Positions 50,743 through 59,119 of a stretch of DNA of 64,000 nucleotides are shown here, in pieces (position 1 is the first letter of the stretch; every line of letters starts with the position of its first letter). A model generated the notes under the pieces. The model had not been told where the DNA came from and made no database searches. It saw only the letters and a list, made by a program, of their open reading frames with translations. The stretch comes from Candidatus Latescibacterota bacterium (GTDB lineage Bacteria > Latescibacterota > UBA2968 > UBA8231), in contig CBDETK010000013.1 in the NCBI GenBank assembly GCA_965242865.1, forward strand, positions 4,544,001 to 4,608,000, read 5' to 3'. The translations under genes and the position numbers were made by a program.

Positions 50743-51918
50743 ATGTTTAAGCTAGCTGCATTGGTGTTAGCGGTCGCGGTCACAGGCTGTGGCTCGAACC
50801 AACTTAAAATTGAGATCAAGGGCGGGGACGGCCAGTTCGTCCGCTTAGACGCCAATGACGTTCAATACAAATTCAACCACTTGGTCAAAGCCGGAACGTA
50901 CGTCTTGCCCGAGCCGGACAGCAAAATCGAATTGGGCCGCGGCGCGTACTCGGTTAAGGTCGCGGCTGGGGATTACCTAGGGCACGAGGTCTTGCAAGTG
51001 GAATCGCCGCCGCTCTGGGGGGTGCGGACCTACGAGGCGATCTTTGATATTCCCGCTGGCAGCAATGCTGCTTTTAGCCGCGAGGGCACGATTCTCTACG
51101 CCTCGACCAAGAAAAACGTCCGCAACTGGGACTTATTTACCATAAAGGCCGATGGCAGCGGCCGCCAGCAGCTAACCAACACCCCCGAACCCGAGCAGCA
51201 TCCCTCTTGGTCGCCCGACGGCAAGCAGATCCTCTTCACCCGCGGCGACGTGATGACCAACATCGACGTGTACGTCATGGATGCCGACCGCTCGAATGTC
51301 ACGCGCCTAACCGAACATCCCGAGCGCGACCAGCGCGGCGTTTTTTCGCCCGACGGCGCGACCATCGCCTTCGTCAGCCAGCGCGATGGCGATGTGGCCA
51401 TCTGGCTCATGGCCGCCGACGGGTCCAACCCGCGCAAGCTGGTTCAGGGCCGCGAGCCTTCGTTTTCGCCCGATGGCCGCCGCATCGCCTTTACTTCTTC
51501 GGCTTTTGACGACAACGACGAGATTTACCTCATCGACCTCGACGGGTCGAATCGGACGCGCCTCACCGACAACCGCCGCAAGCTCGACTGGTTCGCGTCG
51601 TTTTCGCCCAAAGGCGACCGCTTGGTTTACAACTCAGAGGCGTTTGGCGGCCAAGAGCTGATGCTCATGCGGGCCGACGGGCAGGGGCAAACCCGCATCT
51701 CCATTGCCGAAAAGACCTACGAGCAAGAACCCGTCTGGTCGCCCGATGGCAAAGGGATCGCTTATGCGGGCAAGATGGGCGACGACGAATACGACATTTA
51801 CTTAGTCGGAACGGCTGGCTTTGACCTAGACGAGCTAGACGCGCCGCCGCTGCTGCCAGTCAACCTCACCGACAACGACGACCGCGACGATATGTCGCCG
51901 AGCTGGCGTCCCTACTGA
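50743..51918 (+). CDS. TolB-like PD40 beta-propeller lipoprotein
   Basis: Lipobox VTGC; repeated PSWSPDG / FSPDG units. Confidence 0.85.
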   Translation: MFKLAALVLAVAVTGCGSNQLKIEIKGGDGQFVRLDANDVQYKFNHLVKAGTYVLPEPDSKIELGRGAYSVKVAAGDYLGHEVLQVESPPLWGVRTYEAIFDIPAGSNAAFSREGTILYASTKKNVRNWDLFTIKADGSGRQQLTNTPEPEQHPSWSPDGKQILFTRGDVMTNIDVYVMDADRSNVTRLTEHPERDQRGVFSPDGATIAFVSQRDGDVAIWLMAADGSNPRKLVQGREPSFSPDGRRIAFTSSAFDDNDEIYLIDLDGSNRTRLTDNRRKLDWFASFSPKGDRLVYNSEAFGGQELMLMRADGQGQTRISIAEKTYEQEPVWSPDGKGIAYAGKMGDDEYDIYLVGTAGFDLDELDAPPLLPVNLTDNDDRDDMSPSWRPY

Positions 51919-51924
51919 TCCGAC

Positions 51925-53535
51925 ATGCAAATAAAGGGGGCTACGGGTGCTTCGTACCTCTATATCGTCCTTGCCCTAGGGCTAGCCCTGCGGCTGGTAC
52001 ACCTGCAAGCCCCCCTGACCGACAAGCAGGCTTGGCGGCAGACGGACACGGCCGCCATCGCTCGCAACTTCTACGAAGAGGGCTATTCGCTGTTCTATCC
52101 GCGCGTCGATTGGCGCGGCACGACCCCCGGATACGTGGAGGCGAATTTCCCGCTGTACCCCTTCCTCGTTGCCCTGCTCTACGCGGCCGCCGACGGCGCC
52201 TATGAATGGATCGGGCGGCTCGTGGCGGCGCTGTGCTCGACGGCGGCCGCGGCCGTTCTCTATGGGCTAGGGCTGCGATTGGGCATGAAGCGGCCGGGGG
52301 CACTGCTGGCCGCCCTGCTCTATCTGCTCTTTCCCATGAGCATCTACTACGGGCGCACCTTTATGCCCGAGGCGCTGATGATCCTGTTGAGCGTGGGGGT
52401 GCTGTGGGCTTTCGCACGGTGGATTGACAGCGGTCGCCGCTGGGACTTCGCGCTCGCGGCCCTGTTGGCCGCCCTGTCTTTCCTCGTCAAAATACCGACG
52501 CTCTATCTCGGTTTCCCGCTGGTCGCCTTAGCTTGGGTGCGCTGGGGCTGGGGCTTTGTCCGCAAGCCCGCGCTTTGGCTCTACCTCGGGCTGACCTTGA
52601 TGCCGGCCTCCCTCTGGTATTGGCATGTCAACCTGCTCTTTGAGGAAACCGGCCTGACGTTTGGTATTTGGAATCGCTACGGCTACGACAAGTGGGACCA
52701 CAGCCTGCTCTTTGCGACCGACTTCTACTGGACGCTATTGGACCGCTTCTGGCACCGCGTCTATACGCCGGTGGGGGTGGTGTTGGTGTTGGCGGGACTC
52801 GCCCTGGTGCCGACCCACCGGCGCGAGTGGACGCTCTGGGTGTGGCTGGGAGGGTTGGTGCTGTACGTCTTTGTCGTTCCCGAAGGCAATCGCGGGCTGC
52901 ATTACTACCAGTTGCCCTTTGCCCCGGTTGGGGCGCTGCTGGCGGGGCGGACGCTCGCAGCCATGCTCCGCGCCGATGCGGCCTTGGCGGGATGGGGTGC
53001 GTTCCTGCGGAACTGGAAGCCCCCTTGGCGCATCGTTTTAGTCAGTACTTTGGTCGTCGCGGTCGCGGCTTACAGTGCTTGGGCCGTTAGGCCGTATTAC
53101 GCGCAGCCCAACAATTGGCACCGCTACTACCAGAGCTGCTACTTGGTGGGACGAATTCTCGACGCCAAGCTGCCGCCGGACGCGCTGCTGGTCATCGGCG
53201 ACGAAGACGAAAACACCGGCGTGCCGCACCGGTCGCAAAGCCCGACCTTGCTCTACTACTGCCATCGCAAGGGATGGCAAATAACCCCGCCCGAGTTTGC
53301 GCCCGAGCGGCTCGACCGCCTCGCGGCCGAGGGCGCAGATTACTTTCTAGCGGCGGCTGGCTTCGTCGTGGATAACGAGCCTTTTTGGCAAGATCTCTTG
53401 CGCCGAGGCGTGACGATCCCTTCAGCGCACCCGCGCCAGTGGCACGACGAAGCAGAATTTATGCGCTTCGTTAGTCGGCAGGCGGGGGCGGACCGGCACT
53501 TCATTTTGGTGTCTCTTGCGGCCGGAGATGAGTAG
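51925..53535 (+). CDS. ArnT/PMT-family (GT-C) glycosyltransferase
   Basis: WRQTDTAAIARNF, EANFPLY and YYGRTFMPE motifs; many TM helices. Confidence 0.85.
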   Translation: MQIKGATGASYLYIVLALGLALRLVHLQAPLTDKQAWRQTDTAAIARNFYEEGYSLFYPRVDWRGTTPGYVEANFPLYPFLVALLYAAADGAYEWIGRLVAALCSTAAAAVLYGLGLRLGMKRPGALLAALLYLLFPMSIYYGRTFMPEALMILLSVGVLWAFARWIDSGRRWDFALAALLAALSFLVKIPTLYLGFPLVALAWVRWGWGFVRKPALWLYLGLTLMPASLWYWHVNLLFEETGLTFGIWNRYGYDKWDHSLLFATDFYWTLLDRFWHRVYTPVGVVLVLAGLALVPTHRREWTLWVWLGGLVLYVFVVPEGNRGLHYYQLPFAPVGALLAGRTLAAMLRADAALAGWGAFLRNWKPPWRIVLVSTLVVAVAAYSAWAVRPYYAQPNNWHRYYQSCYLVGRILDAKLPPDALLVIGDEDENTGVPHRSQSPTLLYYCHRKGWQITPPEFAPERLDRLAAEGADYFLAAAGFVVDNEPFWQDLLRRGVTIPSAHPRQWHDEAEFMRFVSRQAGADRHFILVSLAAGDE

Positions 53536-53564
53536 TTGACAGCCGCTGAGGGCCTACATATTAT
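53536..53564 (+). promoter_or_regulatory. Sigma-70-type promoter
   Basis: TTGACA (53536-53541), 17 bp, TATTAT (53559-53564), upstream of the RBS AAGGAGG. Confidence 0.75.
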
Positions 53565-53616
53565 GTCCAACATGTAGTTAAGTCCGTTTTCTGTAGCTCG
53601 TCACAAGGAGGGAAAG

Positions 53617-54303
53617 ATGGCGTCGAAAATCGAATATAAAAGGTGGTTTCTGGTTGGGGTGCTAGTGGCTGTTGTGGCTGGCTGTGCGACCACGGGCGGC
53701 AGCGGAGGCGGTTATGGCATGCCCCCTATTGCCGAGGGCAAGGGGCGGCTCATATTGGAGACGGGCGGGGTCAACGAAGTAAACTACTATGTGCTCGACG
53801 AAGAAACCGGCGAGGAGGTTCACTCGGAATCGCCGCGCATGGCTGCGAGTTCACCCATAGGATACGAGACGGGTCATCGCTCTCTGCCGCAATTCGCCGA
53901 TCTAGACCCGGGCAGCTATCGGGTTGTGGTCAATACGGATATCGACGACAGCGTCGAGAAGGAAGTCGAAGTGCTGATGGGGCAGGAAATGTATGCGACC
54001 ATACCCATTGGCCGTTTTCAGATCATTTTTTCTGATGCCCAGGGCCGCAGTCAGGTGCCTTTCTTGATTTTTGACTACAATTTGCGGACGATGCTGGGCC
54101 GAGGCATGACCTCGACCGAGGTGCGCTACTTTATCGTGCCGGTGGGCGAGTACAAGGTGCGGATTGAAAATTCTCCCACTGGCGTGGACGAAATTAGGCC
54201 CGTGCAGGTGAGCATGGGACAGACCCAAAACATTATCATCGGACCGCCTCCCTCGCCGGCACAACCGGGCGAAGGCGGGAGCGAAGGGGCCGCACAGCCT
54301 TAG
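53617..54303 (+). CDS. Hypothetical lipoprotein with two Ig/PEGA-like repeats
   Basis: Lipobox VAGC; LDPGSYRVVV and VPVGEYKVRI repeats. Confidence 0.65.
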   Translation: MASKIEYKRWFLVGVLVAVVAGCATTGGSGGGYGMPPIAEGKGRLILETGGVNEVNYYVLDEETGEEVHSESPRMAASSPIGYETGHRSLPQFADLDPGSYRVVVNTDIDDSVEKEVEVLMGQEMYATIPIGRFQIIFSDAQGRSQVPFLIFDYNLRTMLGRGMTSTEVRYFIVPVGEYKVRIENSPTGVDEIRPVQVSMGQTQNIIIGPPPSPAQPGEGGSEGAAQP

Positions 54304-54323
54304 GCTTAGCGCGGAGCAATGCC

Positions 54324-55229
54324 ATGCAGCACAAAGGACTATGGGGTGGAGTGGTACTCTTGGCCGCGCTATGGGTATCGGCCAGTGGAGCGGCTACTTC
54401 TTCCCTCAAGGCGACCATTATCGATCGCTACGGAAACCAGCACCAAGTCAATCAGTTCACCTTTCAAGGGCGTCAGGATTTGGAAATTTACATCCAAGGC
54501 CAGCGTCGGCTGGTGGAACTGGTCAGGGTTGCTAGGTTGCGCTTTGAAGGGGAGCGCAGCGACGAGGAGCAGCGCGTCGTGCTCGTCTTTCGGACCGGCG
54601 GCCAAGAAGTGGGCTTGATGGTGACGGGCAGCTCTTCTTCGCCGCACCAAGACGCCGTTGGCGGCGGGAGCAGCGGGCGTCGCTTCGCTGGGGTGACGGA
54701 GCTAGGGCCGTTCTTTATTCTCGCCAGCGATGTGCAAGAGATTGTCTTGCGCCATCCCATCGGCGAGGAGCCACCGGCGGAAACTATCCTCAAGGCCACG
54801 GTCATCACGCTAAACGGCCGGCGCTTTGAGGTGGAAAACTTGCGCTTTCACGGCAAGCAGCGGCTCGACTTTTTCAAGGGCCGCAACAAACGCTTTATTC
54901 CGCTAGACAAAGTGGCGCGAATCGACTTTGAGGACGGCGGGATGGGCGACGAGTTTAGGCCGATAACGGCGACCTATTGGTCGGGAAAAACCGTTATGGG
55001 CACGGTCGAGGCGAGCCTCGTCCGCCTTTCGGGCGAGACGGACAAGAGCTATTTCGAGCGCGTCAACCAAGCCTTTACGGGAACCATAGGGTCGAGCCCG
55101 TTTGCGATTGGTATGCACGACATAAAGCATATTCGCTTTCGGCAAGATGAGGACGAAGAAAGCGAAGAAGGCGATGCTGACGCCCCTGCCGGCGAGAGCA
55201 CCGGCGACGGTGCTGGAGACGCTCAATAA
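54324..55229 (+). CDS. Exported hypothetical protein with internal duplication and acidic tail
   Basis: Signal peptide; two LKAT[IV]I...G...F.G...L repeats. Confidence 0.65.
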   Translation: MQHKGLWGGVVLLAALWVSASGAATSSLKATIIDRYGNQHQVNQFTFQGRQDLEIYIQGQRRLVELVRVARLRFEGERSDEEQRVVLVFRTGGQEVGLMVTGSSSSPHQDAVGGGSSGRRFAGVTELGPFFILASDVQEIVLRHPIGEEPPAETILKATVITLNGRRFEVENLRFHGKQRLDFFKGRNKRFIPLDKVARIDFEDGGMGDEFRPITATYWSGKTVMGTVEASLVRLSGETDKSYFERVNQAFTGTIGSSPFAIGMHDIKHIRFRQDEDEESEEGDADAPAGESTGDGAGDAQ

Positions 55230-55251
55230 GTGCGCCTCGCTTAACTCCCCA

Positions 55252-55526
55252 TAATACCCCTTATCGGGAGTATGCCAACGGGCCAGTCGCTGCCAAATAC
55301 AAGATACTTGCAGTACAGGGTAGGATGTTCTATATTACGCCCCAATAAAAGCCCTCTAAAGCGGCACCGATAGGTTGGGAAAGGTCGGATGTCGATAATT
55401 ATGGGCTTAATTTTTCTGAGGGGAAGGACCTATGGACGCAATAAGCGGTAGCTCACGCTACGACGCCGGTCGAGCTGAAAAGGTCGCTCTTTCCCAAAAC
55501 CACCACACTCCCCATAAGGGGTATTA
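55252..55526. promoter_or_regulatory. 275-bp segment bounded by 20-bp inverted repeats and containing a sigma-70-like promoter
   Basis: TAATACCCCTTATCGGGAGT (55252-55271) and ACTCCCCATAAGGGGTATTA (55507-55526) are 19/20 complementary. TTGCAG-17bp-TATATT lies at 55308-55336. Confidence 0.65.
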
Positions 55527-55542
55527 GAAGGAGTTTCAGCTT

Positions 55543-56439
55543 ATGAAACGGCTGTATGGCTTTATCGCTATGGGCCTGATAGTGGGCCTGACGAGCGGTG
55601 CTAATGCACATATTGGCGAACAGGTTTACCTGCTCTTTGAAATCGCCGAGGAGGATCTGGCTGACATTGATCTGCGCGATGCCAGCATAGCCGACTGGGA
55701 AGACGTGATTGGTGAGGCTGCGTTGACCACCACTGATTTCTTTCACGATCCGACTGTCGGCGACGGTGCTCAGTACGATCCGGCAGACCTAGACTACCGC
55801 ATCTGGCTGGGCTGGAACGGCAATCTCGGAACTATCTGGATGGGTATGGAGCGCATCGACAATGTGTACATCAACGAGTACGCTGGCGGTGACTTGGGTA
55901 GCTTGTGGAGGCAAGATGCTATTGAGTTCATGCTCGATGGCGACCACACCGGCGGAGATTATACTGGTTCGGCAGACGAGAACTGGACCGACGAAGAGAA
56001 AGACCTGAACAACAACCGCACGGCTCAGCAGTACGTGGCTATCGGCGATACTCCTGACGGCCGCCATGTCGGCTATTTGGGCAAAGGCACCGAGTGGGTC
56101 AACGCGCTGCCCTATGCCGATGGCGGTGGGGGTTCGGTAGGGGACGGACCGACTACTACGATCATTGAGTTTTTCGTCACGCCTTTCGACGATCTGATCT
56201 GGAATAGTCCCGACGACAGCGTCCCGTCGCCTCTCTTCGACGGCAAGATCATTGGGTTCCAGATTTCGGCTCAGGACATGGATACGGGTCCGTCCGAATA
56301 CCGCGCTTTTCACACCTTGTCTGGTCAGGCCGCGACTTGGCGCTATGCCGAGCGCTTTGTCGATGGTCGCTTGGTCGGCGCCGGTGAAACGTCGGTCGAA
56401 GAAGAGTCTTGGGGCCGCATCAAAGCCGCATTTGAGTAG
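55543..56439 (+). CDS. Exported acidic CBM9/DOMON-like protein with C-terminal SWGRIK motif
   Basis: Signal ending ANA-H; DAIEFMLDGDHTGG and GKIIGF motifs; ends SVEEESWGRIKAAFE. Confidence 0.7.
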   Translation: MKRLYGFIAMGLIVGLTSGANAHIGEQVYLLFEIAEEDLADIDLRDASIADWEDVIGEAALTTTDFFHDPTVGDGAQYDPADLDYRIWLGWNGNLGTIWMGMERIDNVYINEYAGGDLGSLWRQDAIEFMLDGDHTGGDYTGSADENWTDEEKDLNNNRTAQQYVAIGDTPDGRHVGYLGKGTEWVNALPYADGGGGSVGDGPTTTIIEFFVTPFDDLIWNSPDDSVPSPLFDGKIIGFQISAQDMDTGPSEYRAFHTLSGQAATWRYAERFVDGRLVGAGETSVEEESWGRIKAAFE

Positions 56440-56462
56440 TAGTAGCGTCCTGCTGTTTTCCT

Positions 56463-56505
56463 AATTTTAAGGAGAGGGGGAATGCTTCCTCCTCTCCTTA
56501 AAATT
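56463..56505 (+). terminator. Strong stem-loop after the SWGRIK gene
   Basis: AATTTTAAGGAGAGGGGGAA-TGC-TTCCTCCTCTCCTTAAAATT. Confidence 0.7.
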
Positions 56506-56613
56506 ATCTTGTGGCTATCGCATAACGTAGATAGCTACCTTCCTCGCGTCATAATACCTCGCTCCTGTTTGCCCATGCTGAGATCCGGGCAAATTCTACC
56601 GGGGAGTAACGGA

Positions 56614-59085
56614 ATGAGAGTTGGGATTTGTGTCGCCGTGCTGATTTTGGCAGGTGGGGCAGTAAATGCTGCAGAGTTGCGTCTATTTGCCATTCCGGGC
56701 AACACAACTTGGGCCGACGCCAAACAGGGGCCACTTTCAAAGAATCGCTTCATTGAAGTAATAGACTTTGAAAGCTATGAAAATGGCATTGGGCCTATCG
56801 CGCCCCTGCGCGTAGTGCCCGTTCCCGAAATCCCTCTCGCCGCCGAAGTGGATGCGGCGACCGATTCCAGCCTCTTTGCTTTCTCGCTCAATGTAACCAG
56901 AGCCGATGTAGTAGCACCGACCGATATCGAACTCGAAGATGGCGAGATCGTGGAGGCGGGCACGGTCTTGATTACTCGCTGGAGTCCCTTTCCGCGAAGC
57001 CTAGAAGATGTCCAGCTATTGCGCCAGGCTGGCATTACCGAGATTGAGGCCATGATCAATGTGGCCGAATCCTTTCCTCGCCCTCCCGGCGGCGACAAGT
57101 ACAACAAGGGGCTCAACCTCACAACGCTCGGCATTTTTGAAAGGGCTTTGACTGACCAGCGACTCCAAGAGGGCTTGGGGCGCGTTTTCGATGGCGATCC
57201 ACGCACCCATTTCGAGCGCATTGACCGAGTTGGGCAGGACGTCAAGCAGATATGGATCCTCTATATCGACTTAGGACGCTACTTTCCAATTCGCTTGTTC
57301 CGCCTCTATCCCAGTCTCGAAGAACCCGCACGTGTTTCCGCTTATACCTTCCATAGGGGGCTGCCTGGGACTGAGAAGATAATCGCTGGTCTTAGTCTCG
57401 ACGATCCGAGCATTGGGCAGTTGGCATTCCCTAGATTTACTAGCATCGCTCCGACTTTTCCGACTTTCGTTCCCGAGACGAGCGTACCGGTCAATGTGGA
57501 AGACACCATTGCTGTGGCCTTTGATCCTCAGGCTTACATGCGCTACGCACGCTTCGATTTTCAGACTTCGCTGGATTACGACTTGGCTGAAATGGAGTTT
57601 TTCGCCGACGGGTTTGTGTCCGAAGCGGTCTATACTTCCAACGCTCTGCCGTTGCCCCCGGCCACCTTGGGGCGGATTTTCTGGGACGAGAGGAAAATTG
57701 GCGATCCTAATAGGTCGCGTGCTATCGTGCGCGTCCAGACTGGCGTCAATCCCGAGCCGGATGTGCTTTTTCGCGTCAATGACTTTGAGCGCGAAGTGGA
57801 GTGGCGCGCAGAGGGGGCAACTATTATTGACCGGAGGCTCGGTTCATTGACCGAGGGCCAAGAAGTGGACCTTAACGATGAAAATTTCAATCTAGAAGCT
57901 CGCGAGATCTTCAGTGCCGCTCTGCCCGAGGACCGAGCGCGAGTCCGCCTGACCCGCGAGGAATACAAGGTCCTGCCGGGCAATGTACGGCGCCACGTCG
58001 AACCCGATCTCGAGTTTTGGAGTGGCGTCCAGCTAGCCAACAATGGCGAGTTGATCAATGCACCGGGTGGGCGGCCCTTCATTCAGATAGAGGTTGAGTT
58101 TCTGAGCAACGAACCCGAGTCGGCCACGATTATTAGCAACTTGCGCTTTGAATACTCTGCCCCACAGATAACGGATCAGGTCGGCGGCGAGATCGCTCCG
58201 GCCGTGGATGTGATTGCTGGGCGCGACACCTCCTTTGTATTGGTCCTCAACGCTGAGATAGGGGCCGAGAACAATGGTTTCAATCGCTTGCAGGTTTTTA
58301 CTCCGGCGCGCACGGAGGCCATTGAGGGAGTAGAAGTGGATCTAGGCGATGGGCAAATTTTGGACTTGGAACGAGTGGATGGAGAGGGTGCGATCGGCGA
58401 AGGTCAGTTTCGGGAATTGTACATCGCCGACGATCAGTTCGTCGTTGGCTTTCCAACCATCGGCCCAGCCGAGGATGGCCAAGTCCGCAACGCATTGGTA
58501 AAGGTCCGCTTTCAGGGCCGGGTCATTGACTTCCGCACCAACTTCGCTGCCAATGTTTTCTTAGACACCTTAGGTGCAGAAGCAGAGCGCCGCTTTACTA
58601 ATAGCGGCATTTTGGCGTTAGGAGGCAGCGAGACTGCGCTCGATACGCTGGCCCTTTTCTTGCCGCAGCGGGTGACGGACAACGACGTGGTGGATTTCGC
58701 CGCGACGGACCAGCTCTCAGATCGCAATTCCCTAGCGGTGATCGCCGATATTTCAGCGCAAAGCGAGAATCTCGTGACCAATTTCAGGGTCGCGCCCAAT
58801 CCGTTTACGCCCAATGGCGACGACGTCAACGACGAAATAGTCGCAGCTTTTGATATACAGCGGCTGCTAACGCCACGGGCAGTGCATCTAGAGATATTTG
58901 CTTTGAATGGTAGGCGACTGCGCTTTATTGAGCGCCATCTGTCGTCGGGGGGGTATTCTCAACCGTGGGATGGCCGCGACGATGCTGGCCGGGTAGTGCC
59001 TCCGGGCCTATACATGTTGCGCATTTTGACCGCAGCCGATCATGCTGGCGAGCCCCAGACGCGCATCGTTTCCGTAGCGTACTAA
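56614..59085 (+). CDS. Large exported protein with discoidin-like segment and C-terminal FlgD-Ig/CHU_C-like domain
   Basis: Start placed at MRVGICVAVL (signal peptide). FDGDPRT...IDLG motif; C-terminus PNPFTPNGDDVND...WDGRDDAGRVVPPGLY...VAY. Confidence 0.75.
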   Translation: MRVGICVAVLILAGGAVNAAELRLFAIPGNTTWADAKQGPLSKNRFIEVIDFESYENGIGPIAPLRVVPVPEIPLAAEVDAATDSSLFAFSLNVTRADVVAPTDIELEDGEIVEAGTVLITRWSPFPRSLEDVQLLRQAGITEIEAMINVAESFPRPPGGDKYNKGLNLTTLGIFERALTDQRLQEGLGRVFDGDPRTHFERIDRVGQDVKQIWILYIDLGRYFPIRLFRLYPSLEEPARVSAYTFHRGLPGTEKIIAGLSLDDPSIGQLAFPRFTSIAPTFPTFVPETSVPVNVEDTIAVAFDPQAYMRYARFDFQTSLDYDLAEMEFFADGFVSEAVYTSNALPLPPATLGRIFWDERKIGDPNRSRAIVRVQTGVNPEPDVLFRVNDFEREVEWRAEGATIIDRRLGSLTEGQEVDLNDENFNLEAREIFSAALPEDRARVRLTREEYKVLPGNVRRHVEPDLEFWSGVQLANNGELINAPGGRPFIQIEVEFLSNEPESATIISNLRFEYSAPQITDQVGGEIAPAVDVIAGRDTSFVLVLNAEIGAENNGFNRLQVFTPARTEAIEGVEVDLGDGQILDLERVDGEGAIGEGQFRELYIADDQFVVGFPTIGPAEDGQVRNALVKVRFQGRVIDFRTNFAANVFLDTLGAEAERRFTNSGILALGGSETALDTLALFLPQRVTDNDVVDFAATDQLSDRNSLAVIADISAQSENLVTNFRVAPNPFTPNGDDVNDEIVAAFDIQRLLTPRAVHLEIFALNGRRLRFIERHLSSGGYSQPWDGRDDAGRVVPPGLYMLRILTAADHAGEPQTRIVSVAY

Positions 59086-59119
59086 CCTTAGCTGAAGCGC
59101 AAAAAAGAAAGGAAATGCT

